A DNA stretch of 64,000 bases from Raillietiella orientalis (lineage: Eukaryota): positions 1,116,001-1,180,000 of the forward strand of contig JAYWIR010000021.1 of NCBI GenBank assembly GCA_036172245.1, written 5' to 3'. The translations under genes and the position numbers were made by a program. Positions 1 through 14,000 of the stretch are shown here, in pieces. Position 1 is the stretch's first letter, and each line of letters opens with the position of its first letter. A model generated the notes under the pieces. That model saw nothing but the letters and a program-made list of their open reading frames with translations, did not search any database and was not told the DNA's origin.

Positions 1-800
1 TCCCGTCCCCCTATGAGTGTTGTTCGGGTTCTGGGAAGCTTTCCCCTCGGTGGGATTTTGGACAACCAACACGGGCCTGCTACCGCGCCTCGCGAGACCG
101 CTCAGGACTCCGAAGAAACTCTTCCTACATCATTGGGAAGAGGAGGAGCTGGATCCTTCCGCAGCGCGGAAGCTGACCTGCCAGATCGTGGACGTTAGCA
201 AGTCCATCGTGAGATGCAGAGCGACGCGGCTGGGGCACGAAGTCATGCTGAAAGACCTTGCTCAGGGCCAGTAAGAAAGGTGGATCGAATTCCTTGGAAT
301 TTACCAGTAAGGAACTCTGATATCCCGGTGGCTATCACCAACATTTCCATCCTTTCCCGTCTCTACCAGATCACTACCATCTTGCTACTGCGCCACGGCC
401 TCCCTAGAAACGGCTTCTGCGGGAACGATTCCAGGAAAGCGAGTGCTCGGAATCGCGAAAACCTTCCTCCGCACGCGCTTTTGGAATGTTGTCCAATGTG
501 CAGGACTGGAAGCGCCCCTTCAGGGAGCCAATAATCCGGAGATGCCCCCAGGAGATGTCTGTCTCGGAAGAGCGTTCACTTCTTAGGGTTTACCAGATGC
601 TTCTTCCGCGGCCATATTCAGTCACGCTGCGAGCAACGCCTGGTGATCGGCGAAACGGAGGAAGGGCGCGTGACGGTCGGGTCGTTCGCAACCACCACCG
701 CCCTCATGGTCCGACCTGGAACGTGCAACAAAAGAAACCGCTGTGGTCAGACCAACTGGACACCTGGGAACACACCCTATTCACTCGCTCGCGTCCATAG
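1..800 (+). mobile_element. Degenerate RLE-group thumb/C-terminal remnant, truncated by the window start
   Basis: 'KKLFLHH..', 'AEADL', 'IVDVSK', later 'QDWKRPFRE..RRCP..EERSLLRV', in thumb-to-knuckle order. Confidence 0.38.
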
Positions 801-2352
801 CCGGCACGAATCCTCTTCATCACGACCCATCCCATTTCTGTTTACTTGTTTCTTTATTCGATCTGGCTCCTCACCCTCTACTCCCTCCTCGGTTTTGTAC
901 CCACTGAGGGACCTCAGTGGGTGCAAAATCGGAGCCTTCGCTTCCGACTGGCACACGTGGGGACCTTTCCTATTTCTTACTGCGAATGAGGCGCTGTGGA
1001 AATGCCCTCCTCTCGTTTTCCCGGACTGTTCCCTGACTTTCCCAAAATTTATTTGCGCATTTTGAATGGAAGGGCTGGCGATCCGGGACGAGAAGGTTCG
1101 TTGCAAAGGACATCTCGATCGGTCGTCTCCACTTGCGGGCGAAAACCGAAATCGCAGCAGCGCACCTGCGGCGCGATCCGCACGCGCGCCTCTGTTGAAC
1201 GCTTGACCCAGCCTTTGCTGCGGGAGCTCGGCGCCAAATTAAAGGTCAAGTCGGCTTCCCGGTTTCCGGCCCATGCTACATTTGCAGCGACATCTTTATC
1301 GGATTCATCCCTACGGGACAGTTGCTCTTTTTTAAGATCGCCTTATCCTGGGCGGCGGTGGGGAAGATAATTCTTCCGAGGAGGAGTGAGGCACCGATAG
1401 CTGGGGGTACCTAAGGAATGGGACACATAAACGGATAAGTAATTCTGCTCTATTGACTTCTCGCGATATCACATAACGCTTGGATTCGTTTTCCGCCTGT
1501 CCACGTGGTACCTTTATGAAACGAGCACGGCTACTAAGGAGCGGCGATTGGCAGTGCAGCGCTGGCTACTGCGGAGGGTGTCTGGGATCCTCCTGCTGCA
1601 TTTCTGACGCGGGATGCTCGCGGGAAGAGCGGCGCGTGAATGTGGGAAGGATGCGAGAGAGGGTGATCTCGAAGCCAGCAAGCTGTCTGGTGATGAAAAA
1701 TGAGGTGATGTGTTCCAAGAAAGAAAAGGCATGCTGACTGCGACCAAAGCGTCTTAGCGTTTTCTGAGATGAGGAATTCGGACGATCCCCCTATCCGTGA
1801 TGGAGGGAACTGGCTGGCTGGATGCTAGCTGGTTTTCCGGCGCAACATTAGCGACCCCTTAGTTCTGGCAAGTGCAGATAAAGGAGGAGGGAGGAGATCA
1901 TGAAAAATGAGGAGTGCGCTGTGCGCAGCACTGAGGAGGAGGATGGAATGCTCAACTCAAATCGACCGCTCTACCCCTCCTTTACCTTCGCTGGCATGGA
2001 CCATTCGTCAAGGGAGAACAGTTCGAGCAGGCATGTGATCTTCCTCGGCTCGCCGGCTCCTCGATCTGCCACCGTTCCGGGGGGGGGAGGGGGGAAGGGG
2101 AGAAAGTCAATCATACAGTCACAAATTCGTGATGTGCGTTCATCCTCCATGGAAACGTGCTTCCAGTGACGCTGTGGAATTTCTGCGCTCATTGAGCGCC
2201 ACGAAACTGGATGATTCTTCTGGAGACTTAGGGAACTGTTCCCTTTCTTTCTTGGGATGGCTTCGGTTCTGTTATTCCCTTCCGCTAAGTCTCACCGAGT
2301 TGTCTGTTGTCACCCTGAAGTCATGAAACCCTTTGAAACCATTTCGAAAGAT

Positions 2353-2850
2353 CTAGGCAGGCTCTTTCACTGAATCCTCACGAGAGGCCCATGTCTCCTT
2401 GTGAGGATTCCGTGTTGGGGTCTTGCAGTGGAAGTCCTGAATGCTGAGGTCAGCGGACAAGCTTCGTTGAGGCTCGGCGGTTTCTGTCGCTCGGGGAACC
2501 CACCAATTTCTGAAGATGGGGTGGAAAGAACTGAAGGCTGCTGGCAGGAGGGCGACGTGGTGAAAATTTTCCACGAGGAAGCTGGAGATGGGTTGCGTCA
2601 AGTCGAACTCAGAAGGAAGCTTCTCGAGAGATAGCAGGTCTCCTTTTGCGCCTCCAAAGTGACCCCTCGTTCTCTCGGCGGGAGGGCACTTCCAAAAATG
2701 GAGAGAGATTTCTTCCTGAAGAAGGAAAGTTCCTTCCAGAGCAATGAGTTGTCCGAATCCTTCTTTATGTAAACCTATCAGCAAACCCGCTGTTTTCCAG
2801 ATCCTCAATGTACATCTCTCATATGAAGAAGAGTCTTCGACGACGTTCAT
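2353..2850 (-). mobile_element. Possible degenerate RT-end/thumb remnant
   Basis: The 165-aa ORF has 'AGLLIGLHK..TFLLQEEI..SEFDLTQP'. Only loose similarity. Confidence 0.28.
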
Positions 2851-3449
2851 TTCTGTTTTTGTTTGTCAAGAAACCAATGTCCAATGAGGATGCAGGTTTG
2901 AGGAAATTCGCCTGATAGTACGTGCCTTGGAGAATTTCAGTTTATGCGGGAATGCATAAGTTTCTTTTGGGGGTGGGTCAGACCATCATCAACGTGCTCT
3001 GTGCCGCAACTCATATCTGTTGCGTCGACCGAAAGCCTCAAGGGCTGCCTGAGCTGCCCGTCCTCCGTGGAAGCGTATTTGCGTGCTGAATTCCAGAAAA
3101 CTGACAAAAAAAAAAAACCCCCCCTAGGGGATGTGAAAGTCGGTTTTGGTCTTCGGGAAATTTCTCCTCTTTTCAAAAGGTCGAGGACGATTTTCTTGCA
3201 CATGAACTTCATAGCAAGAAATATCAGAAGGAAAGCATCAAATGATTTTCTTTATTGATCGGCATTCGTTCATACCTCAGACCAGCAACATCCAAGATGT
3301 CCACTTGCTCTCTGCCTGTGCATGGACGAATCCACCAGCATAACTTCTGCTCAGGGAACCGGAAAAGAGTCAGGAAATGCGTCTTTTTGTCTCAACCTTA
3401 CTTACGATGGCACTGGCCTTTCCATCGGGGATAATCCTCTTGTGATAAA

Positions 3450-3880
3450 CACCCAGCGTCCGTCAAGTTTTAACTCAGCATATTACTGAGAAACATGCCT
3501 TACCCTCCCCTTGCAGTGCTCTGGACGTGTTCTGGGTTCAGAAGAATTGACGGCCGTTGCGCAGGTCCCGATGAACAAAAACGATGCCAGCTTGCAGCAC
3601 AAGTGCAATCCACAGTCTCCGGGAGCTCACTGATACATGGACGACCGCTTTGGTTCTTCCAAGAGAAAGCTGAGCAACTGATGGAACGTCGAGCACGCTT
3701 CCAGAAGGTGGGCAAAAGACCGCGCTATGCAACAGATCATGGAGGCTCGATCAGCTTTCCGAAGGCAGTCAAAGAAGCAGAAGGAATAAATCTCCAGATT
3801 GGATTTGAAAGCTTCCAGATCATGTTCCAGAATCCGGTCTTACACGTTTATTTCCCATCCATGTTATCCTCTTTTCCTTA
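3450..3880 (+). mobile_element. Degenerate NeSL/Utopia-like thumb/linker remnant
   Basis: 'GPDEQKRCQLAAQVQSTV' and, in another frame at 3682, 'WNVEHASRRW' (W..AR.ASRR-like). Confidence 0.4.
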
Positions 3881-5899
3881 GTTCTCTGATTCCCATCATT
3901 CACGCCTGATCAACACCTTGGAAATTCTTCTGATCGACGCAGCGCATTCTTTCGCGACAGAACGTTCCCATTTGGAGAACGGGAGCAGACGCCGGGGGAA
4001 GAGGGCAGTGCAAGAACGATTGTTCCGTCTGGTGGTTTCCTTGCCACCCGAGCTGAAACTGTTGGTTTGCTGACTGAGCCGCTGCATGCCCGTTCCTCTC
4101 ACTCCCATAAGATGCACTGCGTGTCCAGAAGAAAGTGGGAAACCTCGCGATCGTGGCAGCCGAGGACATCCGGTTTCTCCGGAAAAGATGAACCGAGATT
4201 TTGGGGTTTTCGCTTTGTTCCTGAAACCTTACGTCGTTTTCGGCATTCCCAGAATCACACCGACCTCGGCGCGCCTGCCGCTGGCCTCAGGATAAGAATC
4301 CCTGCAGGCCTGGAATGCAGTCAGGAACACCGCACCGTTGCTCCCTTCCGAATCCGTACGAAGGGAGCGGCGGTGTCTTCCGGTGTCTCGCAGCTCCTTT
4401 TCGATCCTCTCAAATCGTCGTCTGCAGGACATTCGAAAAGAGTTATGCACGCTGCGTTTAGAAACAACCCCCGAAGACAGCGAGCTACCCAAGTTTGGGG
4501 GGAATCCGAAAGAGAAGTGATCCATATATGTATATGTATATATTTGTAAGCAACAAAAAATGAAAAGCGCTTTCGAGAGGATTAAAAGAAAATCAAGGGG
4601 AGCAAACGCTGCATGAAATCTCCAATAAGAATTGCTGAAAAATCGGGGGAGGAAAAAAGCAGGCGTAGGTGTTTGCGGAAACGACTCTTCACTCCGCCGC
4701 CTTCTACTGAGCAACGATACTCTTCTGATTCCTTCCTGGGCGTTTCCCGTTCCCAAGAAGGTGGTCGAAAAGGTCCGAGATGAGGCCGGCAAAGCCCATT
4801 GGCGTTCTGGAGACTTCACTTTGTTCGGAGATGTTTGGTTTTGCCGTTCCGTTGGCAGACAAGGAGGGTCTTAAGCAGGTCCAGACGAGGTGGACGTCCT
4901 TGGTTTACCATTCTCGATAACCGCTCACCTTTCCCTCAATCCCCGCTCCAGAACGACGAACATTTGCTCTTCGAATGGACGAGATGCTTAGTTCGGATAG
5001 ACGGAGGAGAAGACACATTTCCACTCCAGATTAATGAAGCTGGAATTTCCATAAGTCCAATTTCATGCTAAACGGTAGTTTTCAGACGCAGATGACTCCG
5101 GAAGTCGGATGTGATTTTGCTGCTTCCCGTGTTTTCCCTAACCTCAGTTTTTTTTTTTTCTTTCACTTTTCCTCCCCCACCCTCTCCACAGCGAATTGCG
5201 CAGCACAATTTTGCTTCCTCGCGCTGCTAAAAAAAAGTGTCTTTGATGTCTTTTTCCTCTCTCCATTCACGGCACTCATCCAAGAGATCCGTGCCTTCGA
5301 CAGGATGAGTGTCCGGGAGTTTCTTCTTCTTCCCCTTCCGCAAACCAACACTACGGAAGATTCGTGACTTGGGTCTGCTTGATCATATTGATCCGAAGGG
5401 CTGTCCGAAACATTAAATCGTTAATGAAGAAGGATTCTGTAGTTTCTTCCCCGATTCAGACTCTCCTCGATGGGAGGCACGGGACGGGCTTCACTCGAAA
5501 ACATCCGATGATCTTTTATTCCTCCATAAACTCTTCCTTACCAACTTCCGGCGCGGCTTGCTCTCCCGCAGCATCTCCCATCTGAGCCGGACCGAAACGA
5601 TCTCTGGTTTTCCTCCAAACACGCGCGCAGAAATATTCATATGTTTTTCCTGTTTTGTCGCCGCGCTTCTCCGAACACGCGTCAAGCCGCGCCTCCCAAA
5701 ATCCTCTCTTCCCCTGTTTAAAGACTTGTGTTTGCGAATTTGCTTTCTGGTTCCTCCCTGCCATCTGGGGGTGCCGTTCATCCTTTCCGTCTTAAAGGCA
5801 GTTTTCCGTATCGATAATCCTTTCCACGTTTTCGGTGCGCCCTTTCGCAAACATCTTCTGACCTTATTAGATATGTGGTACACATGTTTCATCCGCAGG

Positions 5900-6400
5900 T
5901 TCGTCTTCCGCCGAGATGCGCATCGTCACTTCAGACACCTCGCTTTCCTCAGCTCACTTTCCCGCTTTGGTTCACGACTCGTTTATTGCCCATCATCCTC
6001 GCAAGTGGATAATGATGAGGAATATTCCTCCGCCCGAAACTCGCTGCGCAGGAAGGGTAAACAAGGAAGGAAGGTCTCGTTCGAGAGGGGCGCAAGATGC
6101 GCTTCCATCGAGTGGCTTCTTCCTTCAGCGCCTTTGCTGGACCACCTGCCAAATCGCGGACCAGGCCGCGTCCGGCTCCGCGGGCACCGCCCCGGAGTTC
6201 CCGAAAATTTCGGCGCGGTCCCTTCCCCTCCCGGTCGATCTTTTCCGAGGAGAACGTGCCGCTTCCAACGCTGATGCCCAGCTTCACAAGATGTGCTCAC
6301 CTGGATCCTTTCGGCGTCTTTCCAATAGATGCATCCGAAACTTCCTTCCGGCGTTCTGTCTATTTCCAGACTGCTTAAGAGTTTTCCTTGAGAGTTTCCG
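5900..6400 (+). mobile_element. Possible degenerate RT core remnant
   Basis: 'RGAQDALPSSGFF' (GVxQG.PLS-like) followed by 'APLLDHL..VRLRGH'. Confidence 0.33.
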
Positions 6401-7849
6401 GGATGCGTCGACCGCTCTTCCAGCATCAATCTTTCAGACCAACTTTACCGTTTTCCGATCGAAAGACGACGTGAAACGTACATTCTGTACTCTGTCATTA
6501 GACTGAACGATCGTTAGGTGACGACTCATTCATAAGGGCATATTAATAAGCAATTAATTCTCTCATAACCCTTGAATTCTACGATTGCGCTTAATCGTGT
6601 CGGCATCCATCTCGCAGGTTCAAAGTAAATACAATAAACGAAACGCGTTGAACTGTACGTTTCTAACGAAACATTTATGACGTAACATTTGAGCTTTCGT
6701 GAGCAATTTTTAAAGCATTGAGTTTCAGACGTTTTTTAATCAAGCAGTTTGGACCCAGCTAATTACGAGAGACTGGATTATGCTAATCCAATTTCTAATT
6801 ACTGTTATAATTTATTAATCTTAGACAAAAAGCTTTTGCAGCTAATCAGCGTTTCGCATGCCAGTGAAGAGGCATATCTTGTTCTGAAAACCGCAACCGG
6901 AGGAATGGACCCCGCGCCCTTCAGATTGTTCAGTTGTTCTCTGGAATTGCCCAACGGCGGCTGTGGGTTGCAAAAAGCACACGCACGAAAGGAAGCATAC
7001 GTGTGAAAAGGCAGTACGTGCTTTGCACACGCAGCCTTCCGCGATGTCCCGCACGCTCGCCACGACGTGGACCACCGGATGGACGGTCACTCGCCGCTGG
7101 TGGGCCGCGACGTGCGAAAGAAACTGCCAGAACCCCTTTGCCTCTCTGTCCGATCACTTCGGATGTCTCTCCAGCCCTGAGCGTTTCCGAGGGAGATTCC
7201 TGCTGAAGATCCTGGAAAGATCTTTCAGCAGAGAAGCCAAGAGCAAATGCTTCCTAGATGCTGGATGAAACTGCGAGGGAGTACGGAAAGCACGCTGCAG
7301 AACGAAACATAAGGTCAGAACAAGTCCGGAGGAAAGGTCACTCACTCCCCGTTTCGGATTCAGGCGAAGAGGCGGGCAGATGATTCGCATGTCTTCATAA
7401 CGCAGATTCACGAATCATTCTTGCTGCGGATGAGGGACACCGTTCATGGCAACGTAACTCCTCGTACTCTTGCTGCTTGCTGCTTCGCTTCTGGAAGGAA
7501 AAGCAGCTGAGATGAGAAATGGAGACCTCTTCAACCTGCACATTTTTGGGGGGTCTCTTTCTCGTGGACATTCCTCCATTGTGAATTCCCTTTCTTTCTC
7601 TCCGGTTATTTGACTCTCTCCACCCGAGCATCTTCTGCTCGATTCTTGTTCCAAATGTGCAAATGGACGCAGACGTGGGATGCGTTTCGGGACAGGAGAT
7701 GCTTTACGTCCTGACAAAAATGCAAGCCATCGCCATTCTTCGTTCGGAATTTGCAGGGATCTTCACGCTCAGCAGAGAAGCAAACGAAGCGAACAGGGCA
7801 GTTGCTGAAATCCCAGAAGTCCCAGAAATGTCCCAGAAGGATGGAGAGC

Positions 7850-8420
7850 GCCAATCAAGTCGAAACTTCCGTGGGAGCTCTCGTAACTCCGCGCGAAGAG
7901 AGAGGACCGAGGACGTATCTCGTGGTCTCGAAGCGGAACGCTTTGCCACCATCCTGAGCTCAAGAAATTCCCATCACGCGGCGGCGAAAAGAAGCCCAGG
8001 GGTTCCCTCCCGTGCCCTGGCAGTGCATCGGAAGGAGGCATAAGAAGCGGAGAAGAAGGGAAGAATACTTCGACCCCGCCGACCAACAGCTGGACGTTGC
8101 GAAGGGCATCCGCGGTGTCGGCAGGGACGTGTCTCCTGGTGCGAAAGTACGATGAGGAGCAACCACACCGGGAAGGAAGGAAAAGGGAATAAAAAAGGAG
8201 AGGCTGGAAGAGATGGAGGCGAAGAAGATCTGGATCCTGGAAACTGCCGACGAGGTGCTGGACTTTGGCTGAGCCCTCGTGACAGGCGGACGGCGTGTGA
8301 TCGAAATCGAGGATACGGTCCGAATGTTCGAGTGACATCATTTTCCTTGGGAAAACGACACATCTGCACTTCACTGAAGCAACGATTACCAACGACGGGA
8401 GGCTGGTTACACGTCATCTG
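7850..8420 (+). mobile_element. Possible degenerate RT core remnant
   Basis: 'RFATILSSR', 'KIWILETADEV' (LAYADD-like position) and 'TSFSLGKRHI', in order. Confidence 0.35.
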
Positions 8421-9699
8421 CTCCTACGTACCTTTCGATTCATTTATGTTGACTATAAATCGAGAAAGGCCATCAGAAAGCAATTAAGTTAATAAAAAAA
8501 AATAACTGGCAGCTCCCGTTTCCAAAAATGGCCGTACAAGGAAATGCAAAGTCCGAAGTGGATCCTTAAGGATGATGATTCCTCCTGCCTGAAGGTTTGT
8601 TTCCTTTCGGCAGTATAAACATTTCGGATGACTAATAAATGAACGAAGCTCAGTGGATGCTCCACGAATGGCCTCCTCTGACTTCTTTGTAGCTGAAAGC
8701 GAACATCGCGCAAATAATTAACGGATAAACGGCTCATTTTGGATGATATCTACTCTGTTTCATGTCGTGCACTGGAAGCTGGCTTCTTTCCTGCTCATAA
8801 ACACCATCTAACAATCTCGCCAAACGTCCTTTCCGTTCGCCGTGCAGGAATCGGGGAGTCGACATGGCATCAGTGAGATCTTAATGAAAGTTTCCTCAAT
8901 AGCTTGGAACAGATTGAGTTTCCGTAATAAAGATTCAGAAATCCGCGTAAGATGAAAACCTTCCATAACAAACCGTCGGCGATAAGATGGAAGAACCGGA
9001 AGATCGAAGCTCTTTCCCGGCGTACAACCGACGCACAGACGTGTACCTAGCCAGTCTCTCAACCACCGTCATCAATCCATCATCAAAGATTAAAGGCACT
9101 TCGCTTGCAGATCCGGGAAAGAAATCACCGAAACTGAAAGCGATATGCGAATGGCACCGAAAGAGCCCCGAAGAGTGAAATTTGAGTCTCGAGAATCGCG
9201 CCCATCCCCGAATCGCGTCTCCCGAGAAGGATGGAAAGGTGCGGACGGAAGGGAGAGCCGCACTGTAGGGAAAGCCGCTTCGTCCCGCGGACGACGTCCA
9301 CCCGCATCCGAGAGAGATGAGCATTGCGGAACTGCACTGGACCGAGGCATATCCTCTCTTGGAACGCGGAGGAGATCGTGACGTCCTCCAGGAGACCGGC
9401 GTTCCATACCGATAAGGTCCGCAAACTCCCTCCGAGCGATGGTGAAAATTTGGCAGACCGTTCGGAAAAGATAAGGCAGCGCTCTCCCTGATGTCTGCGA
9501 ACAATTCCCGAGCTGCTGAATAACGCAGGGAGCGCGGAGCACGCGTGTTCCGATTGCACGCAATGAGAAATGTGTAAATCCTTAGAGATGCGACGATGGT
9601 TAACAGTTGGATAGTTTCTTTAAGTCGCCTCGGAAATTGCTGGTTCTCCTAGAACAGCGTGTTCCTATTAATGGCGCGAATTATTGATGGAAGGCTAAC

Positions 9700-10300
9700 A
9701 GCGCTGTCCTGCAGCGGAGGAGGTTGTCCATGAGACGAATGCGGCCCAGGAATCTCTTCCTGGGAGAAGAGTGTCAACATGTGCACGTGGAACAGTCGCC
9801 TCTGCTCTTCCTCTGCTTACCGAGGATGCGCTTCTGATCGATGAGGTTGCAGCGGAGGATGCCGCGAGCTCATGGAATCCACTACGAGACGAATCCGACC
9901 TTTTGTCATCCGCGTCTCGCAAGAAGAGGGGCACGTTCGTGAGGCTGCGACCCGAGAGAGCATTTCCCCTCACGCTTGGATGTGGCCACGAGGAGTTCCG
10001 CTGCTTCCCTACGAATGCTGCGAGAAATTTTCGGGAAACTTTGCTTGCGAGCGAGCCTTCTGGTACTTGAGATGCTCCCACCTCAGCAGGCTGCAATGGG
10101 CAAGCAAGGCATGCAAGAGAATGGGGACGTCCCGCGAAGAGGAACCACCGGCAAACCACGAATTGCCTTGGATACCGCAGGCGTCTCACCTGGGCAAGCG
10201 CGGTCCCATTCCTCATTGGATACCGTTCGTCGCGATGCCAGATGAGGACGGTGCCACGGCCCGCGAGGCGACGACAAGACAGCTCTGCTCCGTCGACCAT
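9700..10300 (+). mobile_element. Degenerate NeSL/Utopia-like thumb/linker remnant
   Basis: 'SQEEGHVREAA' and 'WASKACKRMG' in ORF 9872..10339, paralleling 'SDSVREAA' (~59745) and 'WNVEHASRRW' (3682). Confidence 0.4.
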
Positions 10301-10899
10301 CTGTTTGAGAAGGAGAAAAGTTCCCTTTCCAAAATCTGATTCCAGCCTTCCGCTTCCGGCTTATTTTTTCACATCATAAATCACCTGTCTCGGCTCCTTG
10401 AATGGTCCTCCATCCATGGTGTGTTCCTCTCTCATACCTTACAACTTTCGAGATTCTTTTCTGGATTACTTCCACTCTTAAATTTTAATGGGAAAGGCCG
10501 ATCTGTGTTAATTCTCAGGAAATTTCATTCCCCTTAAGGAGATCCATGAATTATTCCAGCGGATGCCGCAGAATGATCTGGAATCCCGATGCCCACTTGG
10601 GTTACTAATTCATCTCGTTAATTAATTTAGGCGATAGACGATCAACAGGTGCGCGCTTGCACGTTCTGGTTTCACTATAGGTGAAGGGGGCGCACCCCGT
10701 GGACACGGGTGCCGCCCTGACATCTAAGATGGTTTCCCATCCACGGAGGATTCCTTCTCTGCACTTGCACCTGATGTCCAAAGGGAAGCGATTTTCAGAG
10801 AGTCGCCTGCGGCTGGGGCAACAGGAAGACGAGAAGGGTTCGGTTCGTCCTTTCGATCGGATGCTGGAAACGACTGTTTTCTTTTCCTTTCCTTCCGGT

Positions 10900-11650
10900 T
10901 CACAAATGCGAAGGGAGCTGTCACGAAGTGCGTTCGGCTGATCCCCGAATTTGGACCCGGAGAGCGTGGTCGGGTATGCGACGACGTAGTCTGGAATCCA
11001 ATGCGGACCCCAGCCCCCCGTGGCGCGGACTTCCTCGAGCGCGGAAGATTCCAGAATTGCAGTCTTTCCTGCGCTTCAGGTCTTCCTTTCAAGAACGTGC
11101 GAGAAGACTCTCCAAAACAGTCTTTTCGAGTATAGCGAAAACACGTTTTCCTGGATACAGCCGGCGGGTTTCTCGTTGCTGGCAAGCGCCGGGGACGCGG
11201 CAAAGAGATGAGAACCCTTCCCGCACCTTCCCTCACCCCTTTCACAAAGAGGAAGCGTCCAAGTCCAAATGTCTGCGTGCCTCGTGGTAGGGAGACCGAG
11301 TTAACAGGCAGCCGAAAGCTCTCCAAGCGCGGCTGCGTCCTTGGCAATCAATCTTGCAAGATTGTCTTATCCAGCCCCAGGCGCAGGCGCATCGTTGTTG
11401 CATCTGCTCTCCACTTGAATCCCGGAGCATCCGGTCCACAAAGGCCAATGAAGAAGTTTTCCGCGGATGCTTTTGATTTGCTGGCCCCGCTCGAGCGCAG
11501 CAGGTGAGGCACATGGTACGAGACCGTCTCGGAAGGGAGATTCCCGACACCCCGGTGGCCTCCGCTCAGAACGCCTCAACGACAAATAGGTGTGGCTCAG
11601 AAATCGCGACGCTAACGAGAAATAGGCCTCAGCATCTGCAGAGCAAGGTC
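10900..11650 (+). mobile_element. Degenerate RT core remnant
   Basis: 'KTVFSSI', 'SKRGCVLG..KIVL' (GVKQGCPLS-like), 'FSADAFDLLA' (FADD-like) and 'REIGLS', in order. Confidence 0.42.
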
Positions 11651-11827
11651 TCAAGAAGCTTGAAACCTGCCTTCTGAGCCAAGATTTCGGAGCGCACCCT
11701 CCCCCGAGGTTAGCTCGGAGAAAAGCTATCCGCCTCTCACCTTGGAAAGTGTGAACTTTTCACAGGATGCGGGAAAACGCATCTTGGAGATGCTGGGCGC
11801 GCCCTGAAGAAGGTCACGAAATTTAAC

Positions 11828-12494
11828 TCAAATTTGGTGCAGATGATGCACGTTCGGAAGGTCCTTCGCAAGCCCCCAGCCACCTGACCACCCAGTTCGC
11901 AGCCTCGCCGGCAGTTGCCCGTCCTGCCCGGCGACCCACGGCGTACGGCCAGAGCATGCTTCCGCTCTGCTCCACGTGGCCGCGTACCTCTTCGTCTTCT
12001 TCTTGGCGGCTGTCCGCCGTTGCGCTGTCAGTCGCGACTTCTGCCAGCGACCACGTCTGCGCTCTTCGGATCACTGAGCCACCAGCAGGGAGTGCTCCCG
12101 AGGGAGCCGTTGCTCCAGGGCGGACGTAAAGGAGGGGGCGCTTTCGCGTGTTTGGTCTTCCGGTACCGCCGCCGAGTTCGCAGACGGGAGGGCAGCGCAA
12201 GAGAGAGGACCCCACATTCGTTGTCGAGAACCGGGTCCGGACGAAGTGTTGGGTCGCTTCCCAGGCGTGGTTGGCTGCCCTGCTCCTGGTGGCTTAGGTC
12301 GAGCGGACGGTCGTGCCTGTTGACGATGATGTCGGAGTTGGGCGCGCGGAGACTCAGGACGTGCGCCAAGGTGTCTTCCCCGGGCGAGCACATTCGGTGC
12401 GCCCCTCTTCCTGCGGTCGTCTGCGGAGCGGCCAGAGGATTGCGTCTTCTGAGGAGGCAGCCGGAGAATCGCAGGGTGGTATCTTGGATACGGG
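11828..12494. repeat. Copy 1 of a ~670-bp near-identical direct duplication (partner 18090-18759)
   Basis: Same sequence at offset 6262 and near-identical ORF translations. Differences seen: G/A at 11836/18098, A/G at 12200/18462, and a 3-nt indel near the right end. Confidence 0.97.
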
Positions 12495-14000
12495 CAGTGG
12501 CTGGACGCACGATGTCGTCCAGCGCAGGTCACGGCTTCCCCTTGATCTGGGAGCTTCCCAATGAAGGAGCGGGTGGCCACGCCTCTTTGCGCTGAAGTGT
12601 GTCCACCTCAGAGCAAAGTTTGCCTCTCGAAAGGATGCCTGCGAAAAGCGAACTCTCCTGTTGTGGTTTCCGGTTCGCCGTCTTTGAGGATCCAGCGCTC
12701 TTGGATTCGTCCGGATGCTTGGAGACGTACCGTCCCAGCAGGCGGCAGCAGTACGTCCCGGAGGTCACACGCAAGTCACGGATGCACGGCTGACATTTTT
12801 TCCCTCAGTTCGTCCACGCTTCGCCGTGCTTCGTGGACGATGGTTTTTCGCGAGTGTTGGGTGATGTGGCGGCGCGATGGCGCGGTGTTGTGAGTGACGC
12901 GAGACGAATCTGCACGGACGAATCCACCACAGCGGACTTGCGCGCGCACGAACGTGTGCGCGGGAAAGCAGGAAAGAGGATCAGCTGATCCGAGTCACCG
13001 CGTGCAAGGAGCGTTCGGCGCTGACGTCTTGGGGAACGCGCTGCTGGATCGCACGCGAGCTGCGAGGATGCAGTTCCCTCAGCAAGCCGATTCCTCTCCG
13101 GTCTCCATTGGCGGAAGCAGCTCTTGCTGGGAGTTCCGCGGAGACCTCGGAAGCGCTGGCTGAGAGACACCTCAGCTGGATTGGGAGGCGTGCGGCTTCG
13201 CAAACACGTGACGGACACCTACGGCGGCTGCTCGGAGGAACGGAAATTACTTTATTGCGGCATTAGTCCACCTGTCTTTGTTCTCACGATCCTGACGATT
13301 CGCTTCCCATAATTCAATATTGACCGGACTCACGTTTCGTTGTTTGAATGGTCAGCTCCGAGTAAACTCTGAAACACGAGTCGTTCTCGTCAATCAGAAC
13401 TTCAAGAAACGAGCTTTTAATGGGGAAATGTGGACAGACGGATAGACCCTGCCGGGGTCTCCGGATTCAAGTTCCTCCGTGTATGATGTAGGGCGCGTAG
13501 GGTGCAATTACTTTATGCATACGAATGAGTTCATGTGGGGGAGGGGAAGAAGGGAGAGAGACGCACTGCATCCGCATTCGAAAGATGACGAACGGATGAT
13601 TTCGGATGCGCCCGTTCCAGAATGAAATTCATTCACAGATGCTGAGTGGAATCCCTTGGAAATCCCGATGAACGTCCTCACGATGTCCACGAACGCCATC
13701 GGCTCATTTCAGCCGAGGGTCCGATCCTGCTTGCTTCGTGAAAAGCATGAGCAATGAGGTGGTAATGCCCTGTGCAGCATGTCGTGGACACGTTCCACGT
13801 CGTTGCTAGGAGGCTGATCAGGCTGATCCTATGCATCGTCGGAGGAGAATCCAACGTGGGTCTCCGTAACTTCCAACTTCCATCAGCTTCCGGAAACGCA
13901 TCTTCGCCGCTCTGCTGGCAGAGCCCACCCGCTTTCGTTTTCTCGATCACAGGAACACTTCCAGACTCGGCACACAATCATCCTCAAAGACGGCCATGGT
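11850..14000 (-). mobile_element. Degenerate RLE-type non-LTR retrotransposon (NeSL/Utopia-like): RT, thumb, CCHC knuckle and RLE remnants
   Basis: Motifs occur in the expected order on the minus strand across frameshifts. RT-like: 'CCTGHYHLIAHAFHEASRIG' then 'AFVDIVRTF' (~13680-13780). Thumb: 'AVVDSS' (~12930). Then 'KLPDQGEAVTCAGRHRASSH' (ORF 12071..12580). Then 'RMCSPGEDTLAHVL..IIVNRHD..LRPDPV..GSLGS..ADVVAGRSRD' (ORF 12028..12510), matching the knuckle, RHD and PD nuclease layout of R2/NeSL-group elements. Confidence 0.8.

Noticed and set aside
1480..1737. 'RSGDWQCSAGYCG' resembling a RanBP2 zinc finger
   Set aside because: The rest of the motif (N..R..C..C) is missing, and there is no supporting exon structure.
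7811..7838. Three copies of TCCCAGAA
   Set aside because: Tiny slippage repeat, not a CRISPR array or a supported regulatory array.
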